From NCBI GenBank assembly GCA_038211425.1, contig JBBQVQ010000001.1, positions 39,991 through 103,990 of the forward strand: DNA of 64,000 nucleotides, in the 5' to 3' direction. The translations under genes and the position numbers were made by a program. Each line of letters opens with the position of its first letter. Within the stretch, counting starts at the first letter, position 1. The notes under the pieces were generated by a model. The model worked only from the letters and a program-made list of their open reading frames with translations, ran no database searches and was not told the DNA's origin. The DNA is from Candidatus Limnocylindria bacterium (GTDB lineage Bacteria > Chloroflexota > Limnocylindria > P2-11E). Positions 60,565 to 64,000 of this stretch are shown here, one piece after another.

Positions 60565-60663
60565 GGCATCCACGGCATCCGGGGCATCCACGGCATCCGC
60601 GGCATCCGGGGCATCCGGGGCATCCGGGGCATCCGGGGCATCCGGAGCATCCGGGGCATCCGG
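60565..60663. repeat. 11-copy tandem 9-bp repeat (consensus ggcatccgg; variants ggcatccac, ggcatccgc, agcatccgg) in convergent intergenic region
   Basis: Read directly from the sequence. Lies between the stop of 59906..60544 (+) and the stop of the permease 60664..61716 (-). Confidence 0.9.
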
Positions 60664-61716
60664 TCAGAACGACGCCGGAAGCCGCCCCTCCTTTTGGTAC
60701 GGGATGCCGTCGGCGGCGGGCGGAGTGGCCCTGCCGACCACCCCGGCCAGGATCACGATCGTCGCGAGGTACGGGAGAGCGGCGTACCAAAAGCTCGGGA
60801 TCGTTCTCATCACATCACCGAGCTCCCCGTCGGGCGGCCGCACGTTCACGATGACGCCCAGCGCTGTGGCGGCACCGAATAGGAGCGCCCCACCGAAGGC
60901 GCCGATGGGCGTCCAGCGCCCGAAGATCATCGCGGCGAGCGCGATGAAACCGCGCCCCCCGGTCATGCCGTTCTGGAACGAGCCGGTCGATTCGAGGGTC
61001 AGGAACGCCCCGGCCAGGCCGGCGAGGCCGCAGCCGGCGACGACGTTGACGAAGCGCGTCCGCAGGACGTCGATGCCGACCGTGTCCGCCGCCTTCGGGT
61101 GCTCGCCGACAGCCCGCGTACGAAGACCCCACCGCGTGCGGAAGAGCGCGAACTGGAGAAGCACGACGATGACGATGACGCTCATCGCGATGGGTCCCTG
61201 GTCCAGGAGCATCGAGGCGATGGGTCCAAGGAGGGGAAGTGCGGCGATCTGATCCGGCGCGTGGAACGGAGGGACCACCCCGGCGCCTCCGCGCCCACTG
61301 GGGCTGATCACCAAACGGTTGAGGTATCCGGTGATGCCGAACGCCGCGATGTTCAACATCGTCCCAGCGATGATCTGGTCGGCCCGCACGCTGATCGTCA
61401 GCCATGCGTGCACCGTGCCCGCGAGCATTCCCGTCGCCACAGCGACGGCGATGCCGGCGACGAGCGCGGCCGCGCTGCCGATGGGGTCGTGGAGCGCGAA
61501 CCCGGTGAGATAGCCGAAGAACGCCGCGAGCAGCATGATCCCTTCGATCCCGATGTTCACCACGCCGCTCCGCTCGTTGACCACGCCACAGAGGGCGCCC
61601 AGCGCGAGCGGCGTCGCGAGCGCGAGGACGATCGGCAGGAGACCGGGAACGACGGTGATCAGATAGCCGCCGAGCTCGACCAGCAGACGCAGCACGTGCA
61701 GGATGCCTTCCATCAC
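60664..61716 (-). CDS. ABC transporter permease (CUT2/BMP-type)
   Basis: 350 aa, 8-10 TM helices, branched-chain/sugar-type permease fold. Confidence 0.8.
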   Translation of the reverse strand: MMEGILHVLRLLVELGGYLITVVPGLLPIVLALATPLALGALCGVVNERSGVVNIGIEGIMLLAAFFGYLTGFALHDPIGSAAALVAGIAVAVATGMLAGTVHAWLTISVRADQIIAGTMLNIAAFGITGYLNRLVISPSGRGGAGVVPPFHAPDQIAALPLLGPIASMLLDQGPIAMSVIVIVVLLQFALFRTRWGLRTRAVGEHPKAADTVGIDVLRTRFVNVVAGCGLAGLAGAFLTLESTGSFQNGMTGGRGFIALAAMIFGRWTPIGAFGGALLFGAATALGVIVNVRPPDGELGDVMRTIPSFWYAALPYLATIVILAGVVGRATPPAADGIPYQKEGRLPASF

Positions 61717-62861
61717 CGCGGCTCGGCCGCCGCGGTCGCCACCTCGGGGCTCGACCAGCTCCGCGTCACCGTCTCGGGCTCTCCGAGGCCGCCGCGGGCG
61801 CGCCGGATCCTGAAGACCCTGCGCACGAGGACATCCGCCGCCAGGAAGAGGATCACCAGCGCTTGGATGATGTCGATCACCTCGACCGGGACGGAGGTCT
61901 CGATCTGCATGAGCGGCGCGCCGGCCCGGAAGGCACCGAAGAGCACCGCGGCGAGGACCACGCCGACCGGGTCGGACCGTCCGACAAGCGCCACCGCGAT
62001 CGAGTCGAACCCGACCGAGGCGGTGATGCCCGGCGCGTAAAAGCCGATCACCCCCAGCATCTGGATCGCCCCTGCCATGCCGCCAAGCACCCCTGCGAGC
62101 GTCATCGTCAGCGCGGTGACGAGCACCGGCCGCATGCCCGAGTAGCGGGCCGCCACGGGGTTCGCGCCGACGCTGCGTATCTCAAAACCGATGGTCGTGC
62201 GGTCGAGCATCCATGCCACGGCCGGGACAGCGATCAGCGCGAGGAGGATGCCGAGATGCAGGTTCCGCCCCGCAAGGACCGGCAGCGCGGCGTTGCCGAT
62301 GTCACCGGTGCGCGGAAACGAGAATCCCGGCGCACGGACGAGATCGGTGACTGCCCAGGTGAGCAGCAGGGCGGCCGCGTTGTTGAGCATGATCGTCGTG
62401 ACGACCTCGTGCGCCCCCGTGCGCGCCTTGAGGAACCCCGGGATGAAGCCGATGACGCCGCCCGCCACCGCGCCGGCGATGAGGGCGGCCGCGACCGCGA
62501 GAGGAGCGAACGCGGCGGCGGCCCAGGCACCCATCACCGCGGCGGCGAACGCGCCCGCAAGGAACTGGCCCGCGACACCGATGTTGAAGAGCCCTGCCTT
62601 GAATGCGAGAGCGACGGAAAGACCTCCCAGCACCAGCGGCGCCGCCCCGACGAGCGTGTTGCCGATCGCCGTTGGGCTGCCGAATGCGCCCGCAGCGAGC
62701 GACGAGTACGCGCGCACCGGCAGGAGGACATCGAGACCACCAGGCGTGAATGCGCTCGAAACGACGATCACCGCGGCGGCGAGCGCGAGGGCGAGAAGGA
62801 TCGAGAGCGCCGGGACCGCGACGAGCCGCCATCCGTCGAGTGTGCGCCGGGCGAGCGTCAT
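61713..62861 (-). CDS. ABC transporter permease (CUT2/BMP-type)
   Basis: 382 aa. ATGA-type overlap with the downstream gene. Confidence 0.8.
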   Translation of the reverse strand: MTLARRTLDGWRLVAVPALSILLALALAAAVIVVSSAFTPGGLDVLLPVRAYSSLAAGAFGSPTAIGNTLVGAAPLVLGGLSVALAFKAGLFNIGVAGQFLAGAFAAAVMGAWAAAAFAPLAVAAALIAGAVAGGVIGFIPGFLKARTGAHEVVTTIMLNNAAALLLTWAVTDLVRAPGFSFPRTGDIGNAALPVLAGRNLHLGILLALIAVPAVAWMLDRTTIGFEIRSVGANPVAARYSGMRPVLVTALTMTLAGVLGGMAGAIQMLGVIGFYAPGITASVGFDSIAVALVGRSDPVGVVLAAVLFGAFRAGAPLMQIETSVPVEVIDIIQALVILFLAADVLVRRVFRIRRARGGLGEPETVTRSWSSPEVATAAAEPR

Positions 62862-64000
62862 GTCGCCGATCCCGTGGCCATCAGCCGGCCCACGCGGTCA
62901 CGCCCGGCATCCGCGGCCGCGAACGTCCCGACGATGCGCCCGCGATACATCACCGCCACGCGGTCCGACAGTTGGAGGACCTCGTCGAGCTCGGCTGATA
63001 CAAGGAGGATCGCCGCACCCTCGTCGCGCTGGGCCACCACCTGCCGGTGGATGAACTCGATACTCCCGACGTCGAGGCCGCGGGTCGGCTGGTCGAGCAC
63101 CAGGAGCCGAAGATCCGCCCGGAACTCGCGGGCAACGATGAGTTTTTGCTGGTTGCCCCCCGACAGCGTGCCGGCATCCACCGCGGCGGATGAGGTGCGG
63201 ACATCGAACCGTTCGATGAGTCGTCGGGCGCTCGCCTGGATCGCGGAGCGATCGCGAAGGATGCGCCCGAACCCACGCGCGAAGGGGGCATGGTCATACC
63301 TCGTCAGAACGAGGTTGTCGTAGACGGGGAAGGAAAGTACGAGACCGGCCCGCTGCCGATCGGCCGGGACATACGCGAGGCCGCGATCGCGCCGCTGCCG
63401 GATCGACCCCTTCGTCACGTCGCGGCCGTCGATCCGCATGGTCCCCGAGGTGGCCCGGCGCAGGCCCACGATGGCTTCGACGAGTTGCTCCTGCCCATTC
63501 CCCGCGACCCCGGCGATGCCGAGGATCTCGCCCGAGCGGACAACCAGGTCGACGGATCGCACGGCCTCGTGCCCGCGGCCATCCGCGACGCGCAGGGCGC
63601 GGATCTCGAGCCGGGCGTCCCCGGCGCGTGAGCGGCCCCGGTCCACGCGGAGCGAGACCGTGCGGCCCACCATGAGCTCCGCGAGCTCGCTGGTGGTCGT
63701 CTGCCCCGGCCTACGCTCTCCGACGACCCTGCCCCGGCGGATCACCGTTATCCGGTCGGCCACCGCCTGGACCTCGTCCAGCTTGTGACTGATGAACACG
63801 ATGGCCGCCCCTTCGCCGGCAAGTCGCCTGAGCACCGCGAATATCTCGCTCGTCTCCTGCGGGGTGAGGACCGCGGTCGGCTCGTCGAGCACCAGGATCC
63901 GCGCGCCGCGGTAGACGGCCTTGAGTATCTCGACGCGCTGCTGCTGTCCGACGCTCAGCTGCTCGATGCGCGCGTCAGGACGAAGGTCGAATCCGAGGCG
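62858..64000 (-). CDS. ABC transporter ATP-binding protein with duplicated ATPase domains (CUT2-type), 5' end beyond window
   Basis: Second-domain motifs LSGGNQQK and LLVLDQPTRGLD, plus first-domain signature LSVGQQQRVEILKAVYRGARILVLDEPTAVL. The frame is open to the window edge. Confidence 0.8.
   Translation of the reverse strand, partial: RLGFDLRPDARIEQLSVGQQQRVEILKAVYRGARILVLDEPTAVLTPQETSEIFAVLRRLAGEGAAIVFISHKLDEVQAVADRITVIRRGRVVGERRPGQTTTSELAELMVGRTVSLRVDRGRSRAGDARLEIRALRVADGRGHEAVRSVDLVVRSGEILGIAGVAGNGQEQLVEAIVGLRRATSGTMRIDGRDVTKGSIRQRRDRGLAYVPADRQRAGLVLSFPVYDNLVLTRYDHAPFARGFGRILRDRSAIQASARRLIERFDVRTSSAAVDAGTLSGGNQQKLIVAREFRADLRLLVLDQPTRGLDVGSIEFIHRQVVAQRDEGAAILLVSAELDEVLQLSDRVAVMYRGRIVGTFAAADAGRDRVGRLMATGSAT

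Noticed and set aside
60447-60659. Minus-strand ORF encoding MPRMPRMPR... peptide
   Set aside because: Artifact of translating the 9-bp tandem repeat. It has no RBS and lies downstream of the permease stop.
60565-60663. CRISPR array
   Set aside because: The repeat unit is only 9 bp and strictly tandem with no spacers; no cas genes are nearby.

Overview
This 64 kb window is high-GC (about 70%) bacterial core chromosome with an Actinobacteria-like gene order; it contains no CRISPR array, rRNA or tRNA. The most notable points are probable CTG initiation codons in CTGA stop/start overlaps, an in-frame amber codon in dapF, and several accessory insertions within otherwise conserved loci.

Core genes (first half, + strand unless noted):
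- The 5' end holds a truncated SAM-dependent methyltransferase.
- The nusA–ylxR–infB–rbfA–nrnA–truB–ribF block follows, with a GT-C-like membrane protein inserted between truB and ribF.
- After ribF come a pirin gene and an opposite-strand operon (family III CoA-transferase, HMG-CoA-lyase-like, TauABC-like ABC transporter); the operon's stop/start junctions include two CTGA overlaps.
- Next are rpsO–pnp, a GT2 / YdjC-type deacetylase / methyltransferase cassette (HpnI/HpnK-like), then UDG, RNase J, FtsK, RodZ-like, pgsA, a CinA-domain gene, hom–ask, a small opposite-strand iron-permease-like gene, asd, an MFS transporter and opposite-strand uppP.

Accessory block (middle):
- A predicted oxidative hexuronate/hexarate catabolic cluster (33.7–42.7 kb): SDR, two enolase-superfamily dehydratases including a glucarate-dehydratase-like one, a KdgD-like DapA-family enzyme, a PotABCD-type ABC transporter and an MBL-fold hydrolase.
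- A tyrosine integrase next to a twice-frameshifted AAA+ (FtsH-like) pseudogene.
- An opposite-strand FAD/BBE oxidase, then a divergent glutaredoxin-like/rhodanese pair.

Second conserved locus (all on the − strand except where noted):
- The miaA–dapF–hflX locus has an MFS transporter downstream of hflX. Between hflX and dapF sit a split + strand chrA pair, a DHFR-like gene and a two-gene block of unknown function (+ strand).
- dapF carries an in-frame amber codon.
- A MoxR–DUF58–DUF4129 triad follows.
- An 11-copy 9-bp tandem repeat sits in a convergent intergenic gap.
- The 3' end holds a CUT2-type ABC transporter running off the window.

Gene starts:
- 4-nt stop/start overlaps (ATGA/GTGA/TTGA) are common across the window.
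- Three genes appear to initiate at CTG within CTGA overlaps; three more have conserved N-termini upstream of any ATG/GTG/TTG.
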